NCBI GenBank assembly: GCA_037305845.1
Contig: CP147778.1
Coordinates: 1,216,001-1,280,000 of the forward strand
Direction: 5' to 3'
Length of the DNA: 64,000 nucleotides
From: Candidatus Freyarchaeum deiterrae
GTDB taxonomy: Archaea > Asgardarchaeota > Jordiarchaeia > Jordiarchaeales > Jordiarchaeaceae
A program made the position numbers and the translations under genes. Under the pieces are notes generated by a model that ran no database searches, was not told where the DNA came from, and saw only the letters and a program-made list of their open reading frames with translations. This document shows, piece after piece, positions 50,496 through 60,119 of the stretch; position 1 is the first letter of the stretch, and each line of letters opens with the position of its first letter.

Positions 50496-52043
50496 ATGGT
50501 TGATGCATTTAATCAGGCTACTTGGAAAGAAAAAGAAAAAGTTTTGGAACCGCTTGTCTTTGAAATAAGCGTGCAGGGTAGAGTAGGACATATCTTACCG
50601 AAACCATGCGAGAAAGTTACGGTAGAAGTTGGAGACGTGTTAAAGGATATACCTGAAAAAATCAGGAGAAAAAACCCTATCGGTCTACCGGAAGTCTCGG
50701 AACCTCAACTGATGAGGCACTATCTCCATCTCGCCCAGATGAATTACGCTGTAGACTTGGGATTTTATCCTCTAGGTTCGTGTACAATGAAATACAATCC
50801 AAAAATAAACGAAGAGATAGCTAAAATGGATAAAATTTCTAGACTTCACCCGTACCAAGATGTATCCACAATTCAGGGTGCTTTGGAGCTACTCTACAAT
50901 TTTGAAAAAATGCTCGCAGAGATTTCGGGAATGGGGCGAGTCACCTTACAGCCGTCAGCAGGAGCTCACGGTGAATTTACCGGTCTCTGTATTATAAGAA
51001 AATACCACGAGGAAAAAGGAGAATTAGAGAATAGAAGAGAGATAATTGTGCCTGATTCAGCTCATGGAACGAACCCAGCAAGCGTGAGTATGGCGGGCTT
51101 CAACGTTGTAACCATCCCCTCATCCACAGATGGGTGTGTTGACCTAGAAGCGTTAAGAAGCGCGACCGGAGAACAAACGGCTGGCCTAATGCTCACCAAC
51201 CCAAACACACTCGGCATATTCGAAGAAGACATACTAGAAATTTCCAACATTATTCATAATAGCGGCGGTCTCCTGTATTATGATGGAGCCAATCTGAATG
51301 GAGTCCTCAATAAGGTTCGACCGGGAGACATGGGATTTGACATTGTTCACTTTAACCTACACAAAACCTTTTCCACACCACACGGAGGAGGAGGGCCCGG
51401 CGCAGGCCCTGTGGGAGTAAAAAATGAACTAGTCTCATACCTACCAGTACCAACAGTTGAGTATGACGAAGAAAAGGGTGCCTATTATTTGGATTATAAC
51501 AGGCCTAAGTCGGTGGGGAAGGTAAAAGGATTCTACGGGAACTTCGGAGTCATTGTTAAAGCCTACTCATATATTCTTTCTCTTGGAACCGAGGGGTTGA
51601 ATGAGGTTGCTGAGGTTGCGGTTCTCAATGCCAATTATTTGGCAGAAAAAATCAAAGAAATACCGGGATTCAGCCTTCCCTATGCCACAAATAAACCCCG
51701 CAAACACGAGTGTGTAATAAGCGCGGCGCAGTTAAAGGCCGAAACAGGTGTCACCGCCTTAGATGTAGCAAAGAGAATACTGGATTTTGGAATACATGCA
51801 CCAGTTGTTTATTTTCCACAGATAGTTGAGGAGGCGCTGATGATAGAACCAACAGAAAGCGAAACCAAAGAAACACTTGACAGATTCATATCAATAATGA
51901 AGAAAATATCCGACGAGGCCTACAATACACCAGAAAAGATTTTGAGCGCCCCACATCACACCTCAGTGAGGAGAGTAAATGAAGTTATGGCGGCAAGAAA
52001 ACCAATCCTGAGTTGGAGAATGTATCAAAAATATAAGGAGTAA
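50496..52043 (+). CDS. gcvPB: Glycine dehydrogenase subunit 2
   Basis: PLGSCTMKYNP, AGAHGE, SAHGTNPAS, YDGAN, PLP Lys in NLHKTFSTPHGGGGPG, MIEPTESE. Confidence 0.96.
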   Translation: MVDAFNQATWKEKEKVLEPLVFEISVQGRVGHILPKPCEKVTVEVGDVLKDIPEKIRRKNPIGLPEVSEPQLMRHYLHLAQMNYAVDLGFYPLGSCTMKYNPKINEEIAKMDKISRLHPYQDVSTIQGALELLYNFEKMLAEISGMGRVTLQPSAGAHGEFTGLCIIRKYHEEKGELENRREIIVPDSAHGTNPASVSMAGFNVVTIPSSTDGCVDLEALRSATGEQTAGLMLTNPNTLGIFEEDILEISNIIHNSGGLLYYDGANLNGVLNKVRPGDMGFDIVHFNLHKTFSTPHGGGGPGAGPVGVKNELVSYLPVPTVEYDEEKGAYYLDYNRPKSVGKVKGFYGNFGVIVKAYSYILSLGTEGLNEVAEVAVLNANYLAEKIKEIPGFSLPYATNKPRKHECVISAAQLKAETGVTALDVAKRILDFGIHAPVVYFPQIVEEALMIEPTESETKETLDRFISIMKKISDEAYNTPEKILSAPHHTSVRRVNEVMAARKPILSWRMYQKYKE

Positions 52044-52088
52044 TTGTATCGCTACTATAAACAGCTAGGCATACAGTTATCCAAGACT

Positions 52089-53234
52089 CTAGATGCTCTT
52101 GCTTTTTAACTCTTGGAGTAACTTCATCAGATCCACTGCTCTAGCCAGTCTAGCTTTTTCTTTTATCACTACCTCCAACCTTGTGCCAGGCTCGGAGAAC
52201 TCTGGATTCACATATCCCATTCCTATGCCCATTTTTCCGTGAGTTATTGTTATGCCACCACTCGTGACTACACCTATTTCCTTGCCTTCGTGGAGAATCT
52301 TGTAGTGAGGCCGAGGAATACCCTTCTCGTCCATAGCTATTCCAATCCTTATTCGGGGGAGTGGTAGATCTTTAAGCTTCATCAATTTTCTTTTTCCAAC
52401 AAAATTTTCTTTTTCAAGATTTACGAACTGTCCTAGTTTTGCTTCAAAGGGATTTGTTTTCTCGTCCATGTCGTTTCCGTAGAGAGGCAAACCAGCCTCC
52501 AGCCTCAAGCTGTCTCTAGCTCCCAATCCGCAGGGTAAAATTTCAAACTCTTTCCCCGCCTCCAGAATACTATTCCAGAGATCAAAAGCTTTCCGAGGAT
52601 TGTTTAGGGGTACATTGTACTGAATAATTTCAAAACCATCTTCACCAGTGTATCCAGTTCTTGAAACCATACATGCTTGATTTGAAACCTCAGTATTAAT
52701 GAAATTAAAACGCTTCAATGTGGAAATGTCTGAGTGAAACAGTTTCTGTAAGGTTTTTTGTGCTGAGGGACCCTGAACAGCGAACATGGGTGTTAGTTCA
52801 GAAGTATCATTTATTTTTACCTTAAAGCCCTCAGATTTTTTAAGGAGCCAATTAAAATCCTTCTCTCTATTTCCAGCGTTCACCACTAGAAGGCTTTTCT
52901 CATCATCAAAATAGTTTGTTATAATGTCGTCAATTATCCCCCCATTCTCGTTAAGCAGAAGACTATACTTGCAAGTGCCCCTATTTAGCCCCTTCAAATT
53001 TCTCGATGTAACATACTCAAGAAAATTCACAGAATCAGATCCCAAAACCTCGAATCTACCCATATGGGTCACGTCAAAAACACCAACACTGTTCCTAACC
53101 GCCAAGTGCTCCTTTATGATACCGTATTGCTTGTACTCAACAGGCATTTCGAAGCCAGAAAAGCTGGTCATATACGCCCTTTCAATATGCCAACCATACA
53201 GATGGGTTCTTCTAAGATTTCCTTCCTCACTCAT
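52089..53234 (-). CDS. gcvT: Glycine cleavage aminomethyltransferase T
   Basis: EHLAVR, FDVTHMG, GGIIDD, VVNAGN, SRTGYTGEDGFEI, GLGARDSLRLEAGLPLYGND. Confidence 0.96.
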   Translation of the reverse strand: MSEEGNLRRTHLYGWHIERAYMTSFSGFEMPVEYKQYGIIKEHLAVRNSVGVFDVTHMGRFEVLGSDSVNFLEYVTSRNLKGLNRGTCKYSLLLNENGGIIDDIITNYFDDEKSLLVVNAGNREKDFNWLLKKSEGFKVKINDTSELTPMFAVQGPSAQKTLQKLFHSDISTLKRFNFINTEVSNQACMVSRTGYTGEDGFEIIQYNVPLNNPRKAFDLWNSILEAGKEFEILPCGLGARDSLRLEAGLPLYGNDMDEKTNPFEAKLGQFVNLEKENFVGKRKLMKLKDLPLPRIRIGIAMDEKGIPRPHYKILHEGKEIGVVTSGGITITHGKMGIGMGYVNPEFSEPGTRLEVVIKEKARLARAVDLMKLLQELKSKSI

Positions 53235-53426
53235 AAAACCACCTTTAGAAAAATTTAGCCATTTTTTCACTATTTTGATGTAATTTTACAAGATAAGTAA
53301 CATATTCTATAATAGAATAAGTTATTCCAAGATATAAGACTTAAAAATCATGAAATACATAGTTGGACTGTAAAATATTCGTCGAGTAATATTCTTATCT
53401 CGTCTAATCTAAAAGAGGTAGTCAAA

Positions 53427-54419
53427 TTGAACTTTTTGGAAATGGCAGAGTTCTACGAAAAACTTGCAAAGAAGAGCGTATCGTTCCGGAAAAAAGATTT
53501 CATGAACGCGGGCTATTGGTACAGTAGCGCGGCTGATTGTTACCAAGTTGAGGGAGACGACGAAAAACTTCGTGCATTAAAGGATTTAGCGCTAAAATGT
53601 TTCTTGAGCTATTTAGAGGAATCCAGAAAAAGTAACATAAGAACCGAGACCGGTCAAGTTTACTTATGGATTTCCGGTATTTACAGATCATTGGAACAAC
53701 CAGATAAGTTTCACAACTATGCAACCAAAGCGGCGGAAGCTTTTTCTCTAACAGCTGATATTCTGGCAAAAAATAACAAAACGGCTCTCCAAGCCATCGT
53801 ATGCTATTATGATTCCGCCAACTGCTATTGGCTAGCCGGAGACAAGAAAACTTTCGTAAAAAAGTATGGAAAAGCGTTAAACGTTTACCGTCAGAAAAGC
53901 AGAAGCAGCAAAATTGGATTCTCCCCCGTACTGCTAGCCTGCTGTTATTATAGAATGGGTGAGTACAAAAAGGCTATTGACATCTTGGAAAAGGAGCTTG
54001 AAAACGAGAACCTTTCCTGCCTGGTATTCTCAAACATTCACTTAATTTTGGGGTGTTATTATCTGGAAAATATGGATAAAAAAAAGGCTAAAGAACACTT
54101 TGAGGGAGCAAAAATTTCTCCTGATGCTGAAAAATTATCGGCTATAGAACTGGTTACACAAGCCCTCTGCCAATTGATGTTGAATAATAGTGAAAACGCC
54201 ACGGAACTAGCGGAATTATCGGTGAAAATCACGTCCAAAATGCGGGATTACAATATGAAACAGTTGATACAAGAAATAGGGGGAATCGTAGTATACCTAG
54301 CAGGAAAAAAGCACTCCACAGTTGAAAAAATTATGGCCAGCTTGGAGTGGCAACACCTCGACCTTCCGCTCTACGATGCTCTAAGAATAATAACTGAAAA
54401 TAGAATAGGAAAGCGTTAA
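53427..54419 (+). CDS. TPR-like (alpha-SNAP-like) helical repeat protein
   Basis: Repeated A..Y..AA.CY helices and YYRMGEYKKAIDIL TPR. Confidence 0.65.
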   Translation: MNFLEMAEFYEKLAKKSVSFRKKDFMNAGYWYSSAADCYQVEGDDEKLRALKDLALKCFLSYLEESRKSNIRTETGQVYLWISGIYRSLEQPDKFHNYATKAAEAFSLTADILAKNNKTALQAIVCYYDSANCYWLAGDKKTFVKKYGKALNVYRQKSRSSKIGFSPVLLACCYYRMGEYKKAIDILEKELENENLSCLVFSNIHLILGCYYLENMDKKKAKEHFEGAKISPDAEKLSAIELVTQALCQLMLNNSENATELAELSVKITSKMRDYNMKQLIQEIGGIVVYLAGKKHSTVEKIMASLEWQHLDLPLYDALRIITENRIGKR

Positions 54420-54446
54420 CAGAATCCTAGCATTTCTAGTTTTGCA

Positions 54447-54953
54447 TTAAGCGTAGTATCTTGTGGTTTCTTGGCTGAAATTTTTAACTATTTCAATTTT
54501 CATATCGGAAGCATCAATCTCCGGTGTCGGGTAAGTTATGTACGGGAAGAAGTAGCTGATGCCTTTATCTCCCATCTGTGTTGCGGGATGATCCTCTCCT
54601 AGGAGTTCCCTGCTTATCTCAATAGTTAGGTAACGAACGGTGTTCTCGTCAAGCACACCCAAACTGTGAAGATACTCATGAAGCAATAGATGAAAAACGT
54701 AAGCATTGTAATATTCGGGTGATTGTTCTTTTACCCGTCTTAGAGGAGTTTTATTTAAAACAATTAATTCGGAACCCACTGGATGGAAGGCGCCCACAAG
54801 ATAGCTTCCCTGAGCCCCCAAGTCGCTTAGTCCTAACATTACGGCTCTGCGTGACTTGTACTTGCTCATAACGGCGGCCTCAACCAAGCTGAAGATTTCG
54901 GTAAAGGATTTAGAATTATTTAACCTATTAACAAATTCTTCTTGTTTGACCAA
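54447..54953 (-). CDS. Small putative zinc metalloprotease
   Basis: LLHEYLHSLG..DE HEXXH motif. Confidence 0.75.
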   Translation of the reverse strand: MVKQEEFVNRLNNSKSFTEIFSLVEAAVMSKYKSRRAVMLGLSDLGAQGSYLVGAFHPVGSELIVLNKTPLRRVKEQSPEYYNAYVFHLLLHEYLHSLGVLDENTVRYLTIEISRELLGEDHPATQMGDKGISYFFPYITYPTPEIDASDMKIEIVKNFSQETTRYYA

Positions 54954-55219
54954 AAGAAAGCATCTCCTCTTTTAATGTTTATTAAAAATTAATCACTCGA
55001 CCTAATTATATATTCCAAATTTTTGCTTATATTGACTAAGTTTCCTATTACATAAAAAAACAACCTAAAATCTCAAAAATTACAAATTTATACTTGATGT
55101 GAAGAACTGCTCCTTAACAGATGAAGATAAGTTTCAAAAAGAGTAATAAGCTACTTTATTTAAAAGATTAAACTCAAATATTCTGACAAGATTAATTTTC
55201 AACTCTTACTTAGCAGAAT

Positions 55220-56017
55220 TTGGAGCGTGAAGATATGAAGAAAGACCAGAAGCTTGAAGAATTTAAAAAAAGATACGAAAGTAAAGGCGCCCCCAAACTA
55301 TTGCTACGTTTAGTAGCGTACCTTTCTGTAGCCTCGATAATTGCCATGATCCCTATTGTAGGGATATCATACCTGCTTTTAGAAATTGTACCTCTAATTA
55401 TTAAAATGGATATTCCTTGGTACCTCTTAATCTCTCTAGCCCCGGTTTACGTAGTTCTAGCGAGATGGGTTTTTAACTGGGTTCTCATTGCCATCGGGCG
55501 ATTAACGTTAAAACCAGTGGAAGAAGGAGAATACGAGATGGACGTAAGCAATAAAAACGTTAAAAACTGGTTAATTAACGGTTTAGGAACCACACTCGCC
55601 CTACACTATGTTGGATTCCAACCTTTCGGCATGCCCGCCTTTAGCAAATATGTACTTGGATTTCTGGGAGCAAAGATGGGCTATGCAACACAGGCGGACT
55701 TTTTTGCAGATCCTTACCTAGCGGAATTCGGAGACACAACCATGATCGGCGGAGGAGCAATTTCATCAGGACACGCCTTTACTAGTGGCCGACTGCTTAT
55801 AGGAAAAATAAAACTCGGAAGAAATGTGACAATCGGCGCGAATTCAGTAGTATTTCCAGGCGTAGAAATTGGGGATAACAGCATCGTAGCTACGGTATCG
55901 AGTGTAGCATACAAAACAAAAATTCCACCAAATCAGCTGTGGGCTGGAAATCCTGCGCATCAGATAGGGACAATAACCAAAGACGGAAAAATAAAGATGC
56001 TAGAAAAAGAAAAATAA
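55220..56017 (+). CDS. Membrane-associated hexapeptide-repeat (left-handed beta-helix) acyltransferase
   Basis: Two TM helices, then LGAKMG, IKLGRNVTIGANSVVFPGVEIGDNSIV, WAGNPA. Confidence 0.8.
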   Translation: MEREDMKKDQKLEEFKKRYESKGAPKLLLRLVAYLSVASIIAMIPIVGISYLLLEIVPLIIKMDIPWYLLISLAPVYVVLARWVFNWVLIAIGRLTLKPVEEGEYEMDVSNKNVKNWLINGLGTTLALHYVGFQPFGMPAFSKYVLGFLGAKMGYATQADFFADPYLAEFGDTTMIGGGAISSGHAFTSGRLLIGKIKLGRNVTIGANSVVFPGVEIGDNSIVATVSSVAYKTKIPPNQLWAGNPAHQIGTITKDGKIKMLEKEK

Positions 56018-56212
56018 CATCTTCCCATATTTAACCTTCTACACAGAACTAGTAAAAAACGCTGTTTTTTTTAGCGGTTATTCTTTCTTTTATTCATTTG
56101 TAATGGGTGAGATTAGACGATTGTTTTTAATTTTAGTTGAAAGCTAGTCAATTTTTCACCATAAAGAATTTAACCTCTTTTGTAAATAGTCCATAGCATT
56201 GGTGTATGGTTA

Positions 56213-57646
56213 ATGCCAGATTCGAAGGTTATAATCTTAGACTCAACTCTACGTGAGGGAGAACAAACTCCCGGCGTTTCTTTTAAAATAGACGAGAAAT
56301 TGGATATTGCTAGGAAGTTAGATGAGATAGGCGTTGGAATGATAGAGGCAGGCTCCCCTATAGTATCAGAGGGAGTGAAAGAAGCCGTAAAAAGAATAGG
56401 GAAAGAAGATCTAAAGGCTGAGGTAATAAGTCACATAAGACCTGTGCTGAGCGACATAGACTTGTCTCTAGAGTGTGACGTAGACAGAGTCGCCATTTTC
56501 ATTGGTACATCACAGAGCCATCGTGAAGCCAAGTTAAAAATGAGCAAGGAGCAGATCGTGGATAAGGTTTTGGAAGCAATCGTCTATGCTAGAGATCACG
56601 GCTTAAAGGTACGCTTCACCCCAGAAGACGCTACACGAACAGAGTTCGATTACCTTCTGCGTATCTGCAGGAAAGCCGCTGAGGCCGGAGCCGACCGGAT
56701 AAGTGTAGCGGACACTGTAGGCATCATGACACCCACTCAGATGTACGACCTAGTCTCAAAGATTCATGGAAAAATAAAGGCAGAATTAGACGTACACTGC
56801 CATAATGACTTGGGGTTGGCTGTGGCGAATTGTTTAGCAGGAGTACAGGCTGGAGCTACCGCGGTGCATACAACGGTAAATGGGCTGGGGGAGAGAACTG
56901 GAATCGCTTCTCTTTCGGAAGTTCCCGTCGCACTGAAGGTGCTCTTGGGTATTGATACTGGAATCAAATTCGAACTTCTCTCTGAGTTATCCACTATGGT
57001 TGAGAGGTACAGCGGTGTTTACATTTCCCCGACTACTCCCATCATAGGTTCAAACGCCTTTTCACACAAGGCAGGAATCCACACCTCTGCGGTGCTTGTA
57101 AACCCGCAGACCTACGAAGCGTTCGACCCAGCTTTGATAGGTAGAGGAAGAAAAATAATTGTGGATAAGTATGCGGGTAGACACGCTGTGAAAGCTATGC
57201 TAGACGAAATGGGGATAATAGTTAATGATGACCAGCTCAATCAAGTAACCAAGGAAATAAAAAATGTAGCGGACAAAAAGAAGCGCATAGAAGACTCAGA
57301 CATCATAGCAATAGCAGAAAAAATTCTGGGACACAAAGTAAGTGGAGAAGCTCCGGAACAGCTTACCGGAATAGTCTCCATCAAAACAGAACCCCACATC
57401 TACACCACAAATATTATCAGAAGAATAGTCGGTATCAACGGAGTTTTTGAAGCCTTTGAAACCAGTGGAGATTACGACATAATCACATACGTTCAAGCGA
57501 AAGACGTGGCAGCACTAAACGAATGCCTAGAAGCTATTAGAAACACAAAAGGAGTGGAAGCCACAACCACAAGGGTAGTACTAAAACGATTCCAAGGAAA
57601 CGGAAAACAAAAAGATGAAAACAAAAAACCATGGAAAATCTTCTAA
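56213..57646 (+). CDS. Homocitrate synthase-like (DRE-TIM) with C-terminal Lrp/AsnC (RAM) regulatory domain
   Basis: DSTLREGEQ, EDATR, ADTVG, HCHNDLG, GLGERTG, HKAGIH; C-terminal ETSGDYDII. Confidence 0.85.
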   Translation: MPDSKVIILDSTLREGEQTPGVSFKIDEKLDIARKLDEIGVGMIEAGSPIVSEGVKEAVKRIGKEDLKAEVISHIRPVLSDIDLSLECDVDRVAIFIGTSQSHREAKLKMSKEQIVDKVLEAIVYARDHGLKVRFTPEDATRTEFDYLLRICRKAAEAGADRISVADTVGIMTPTQMYDLVSKIHGKIKAELDVHCHNDLGLAVANCLAGVQAGATAVHTTVNGLGERTGIASLSEVPVALKVLLGIDTGIKFELLSELSTMVERYSGVYISPTTPIIGSNAFSHKAGIHTSAVLVNPQTYEAFDPALIGRGRKIIVDKYAGRHAVKAMLDEMGIIVNDDQLNQVTKEIKNVADKKKRIEDSDIIAIAEKILGHKVSGEAPEQLTGIVSIKTEPHIYTTNIIRRIVGINGVFEAFETSGDYDIITYVQAKDVAALNECLEAIRNTKGVEATTTRVVLKRFQGNGKQKDENKKPWKIF

Positions 57647-57945
57647 AAACATAACATCGAAAAACCCAACTCAAAAACATCAAGAGAGAACACGCCCCAA
57701 TATTAAAAGAGAGACAGCAACCAAAGATCAAAATAGTACTAGAGCTGAACTTTTTGTGTCTGGAAAAACAAAAAGAAATAAATATCCCTCTGTGTCACTT
57801 TTCTTTACCTATTGGAGGTATATTAACGATGGGGTATTACCTTCCGAATAAATCAGGAAAATGATTCTAAATCCGAAAAGACTTTTGAGTTGACATACCT
57901 TTACCCCATGACATACCTACTAATTTTTCATCGAGGCAATAAACA

Positions 57946-58194
57946 TTGCAGAAACGAATAGGTATCAATGCATCTAAGTGTAGTACATGTAGAATATGCG
58001 AAATTTTCTGCGCTGTGTGGAATACAGGAACTGCGAATCCAAAGAAGGCTCACATAAGAGTGGTAAACATGTTTCCCACACCCAAAATCGAGTTTCTTGA
58101 AAGCTGTGATCTGTGTGAATCATTAGACGTTGAAACTCCGATTTGTGTAAGGTATTGCAATAGAAAAGCACTAGTGTTAAAGGAGGAAGACTGA
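57946..58194 (+). CDS. 4Fe-4S ferredoxin-like subunit associated with AOR
   Basis: CSTCRICEIFC, CDLC...PICVRYC; abuts the aor start. Confidence 0.8.
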   Translation: MQKRIGINASKCSTCRICEIFCAVWNTGTANPKKAHIRVVNMFPTPKIEFLESCDLCESLDVETPICVRYCNRKALVLKEED

Positions 58195-60015
58195 ATGCAA
58201 CTCGGAGGATATACTGGTACAAACTTACTAATAGACATAACAAACAAGAGCTTCAAAACAATCGATTGGCTTGAGCAGAAAAACGACTGGCTAAAGCTCG
58301 TTGGAGGAAGAGGATTCGGTGCAAAAATAATAGGGGAAAGCACAAACGCTGACACCAACCCTCTCAGTCCAGATAGCATAATAACACTTAACACCGGTCC
58401 ACTCACAGGTCTACCCATCCCCGGAGCTGGCAGAATATCAATGTGCGCAATTAGCCCTCTAACAGGAATTTGGGCTGACAGCAGTGTCGGAGGATCTGCG
58501 GGAGCAGAAATCAAACAAAGCGGATACGACTCGATTATCATAAAGGGAAGAAGCAAAAACCCAATTTATCTATACATTCATGATGAAGGCGTAGACTTCG
58601 AGAAGGCTAAACACCTGTGGGGTAAAGGAAGTTACGAAACAGAAACCATAATCAAAGATGAGTTAAACAACGACGCAAGAGTCCTAACCATAGGCCCCGC
58701 TGGAGAAAACCTTGTACTCTTTGCGTGTATCACAACAGACTACGGGCGTCAAGCGGGAAGAACAGGAATGGGAACAATCCTCGGATCAAAGAGAATCAAA
58801 GCCATTGCTATAAACGGAACAAAAGACGTACCGGTTTCGGATTTGAAAAAAGTTGTAGAAATCACTGACCAAGCCACAGAATTCATGAAAAAAGATGACC
58901 CCGAACGCTACAATATTTTCACCCGTCACGGCACAACCATGTCCCTAGAATGGGCCCAAGAGGTCGCTGTTTTACCAACCCGTAACTTTCAAGAGAACGT
59001 TTTTGAGCAATCGGAAAACATAAACGCGGAAAGCATAGAAGAAAAAATCAAAATAGCGGACAGAGGCTGCTACTGCTGCCCACTCGCCTGCGGAAAATTG
59101 ACAAGAACCCACGTCGACGGAGAACAGGTTTACGTTGAAGGACCTGAGTACGAGACCCTCGCTCTTCTCGGATCAAACTTAGGACTCGGAAACTTGGAAG
59201 CAATAGCAGCTGCGAACTATCTTTGCGACTACTATGGGATGGACACCATCTCAACAGGCGTAGTCATAGGATTCGCCATTGAATGCGCACAGCGTGGATT
59301 AATATCCCTAGACGGTTTAAAAGCCGAGTGGGGAAACACTGAAACCATACTAAACCTAATAGAAAAAATAGCGTATCGCAAGGGTTTGGGAAAAATATTG
59401 GCTCAGGGTGTAAAAAAGGCTGCGGAGAGCTTTGGTGGCGGCTGCCAATCCATAGCCATGCATGTAAAGGGGCTGGAACAATCAGGCTATGAAACAAGGT
59501 CCACACCGGGCATGTCCCTAGCGTACGGCACTTCAGATCTGGGAGCTCATCACAGCCGTTCCACAATTGTGGGATGGGAGACAAGAACTGATCGCTTTGG
59601 TATAACTAAGGAGAAAGTAGAAACACAGATACTGCTCCAGCATCAGCGCAGTCTATTTGATGCTTTGGGAACATGCCGATTTCAATGGTGTGAGTGCAAG
59701 CTCCCCTTCGAAGTCTATCCCAGATACTATGTTGCAGCCACAGGAATAGATGCGACTCAGGATGAATTGCTTCTTGGTTCAGAGCGAATATTTAATCTCA
59801 CCCGAATGATTAATGCCAGAAAGGGTATCTCAAGGAGGGACGATTATCCAGCAGCTAGGGTGTTCGAGGAATCACTGCCAAGTGGTCCATACAAGGGTAA
59901 AAAGATGGAGATGGAAGACTACGACAGACTATTAGATATGTACTATGAACTGCGAGGATGGGACAAGAACGGAATCCCCACCAAAGAAAAACTAGCAGCA
60001 CTAGGTCTTCTATAG
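58195..60015 (+). CDS. aor: Tungsten-dependent aldehyde:ferredoxin oxidoreductase family
   Basis: GGRGFG, SPLTG, GYDSIIIKG, IGPAGEN, AGRTGMG, GCYCCPLAC, GPEYET, GMDTISTG, YYELRGWD.NGIP. Confidence 0.93.
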   Translation: MQLGGYTGTNLLIDITNKSFKTIDWLEQKNDWLKLVGGRGFGAKIIGESTNADTNPLSPDSIITLNTGPLTGLPIPGAGRISMCAISPLTGIWADSSVGGSAGAEIKQSGYDSIIIKGRSKNPIYLYIHDEGVDFEKAKHLWGKGSYETETIIKDELNNDARVLTIGPAGENLVLFACITTDYGRQAGRTGMGTILGSKRIKAIAINGTKDVPVSDLKKVVEITDQATEFMKKDDPERYNIFTRHGTTMSLEWAQEVAVLPTRNFQENVFEQSENINAESIEEKIKIADRGCYCCPLACGKLTRTHVDGEQVYVEGPEYETLALLGSNLGLGNLEAIAAANYLCDYYGMDTISTGVVIGFAIECAQRGLISLDGLKAEWGNTETILNLIEKIAYRKGLGKILAQGVKKAAESFGGGCQSIAMHVKGLEQSGYETRSTPGMSLAYGTSDLGAHHSRSTIVGWETRTDRFGITKEKVETQILLQHQRSLFDALGTCRFQWCECKLPFEVYPRYYVAATGIDATQDELLLGSERIFNLTRMINARKGISRRDDYPAARVFEESLPSGPYKGKKMEMEDYDRLLDMYYELRGWDKNGIPTKEKLAALGLL

Positions 60016-60119
60016 GATCCCCATTGATATAAGAATCCTGACAGCTGCTCTCTACTTATTTTTCATTTATGGATAAAAACAAGTTTGAAAACAAAAAAAG
60101 AATAGAGGAATTTTCAGTG

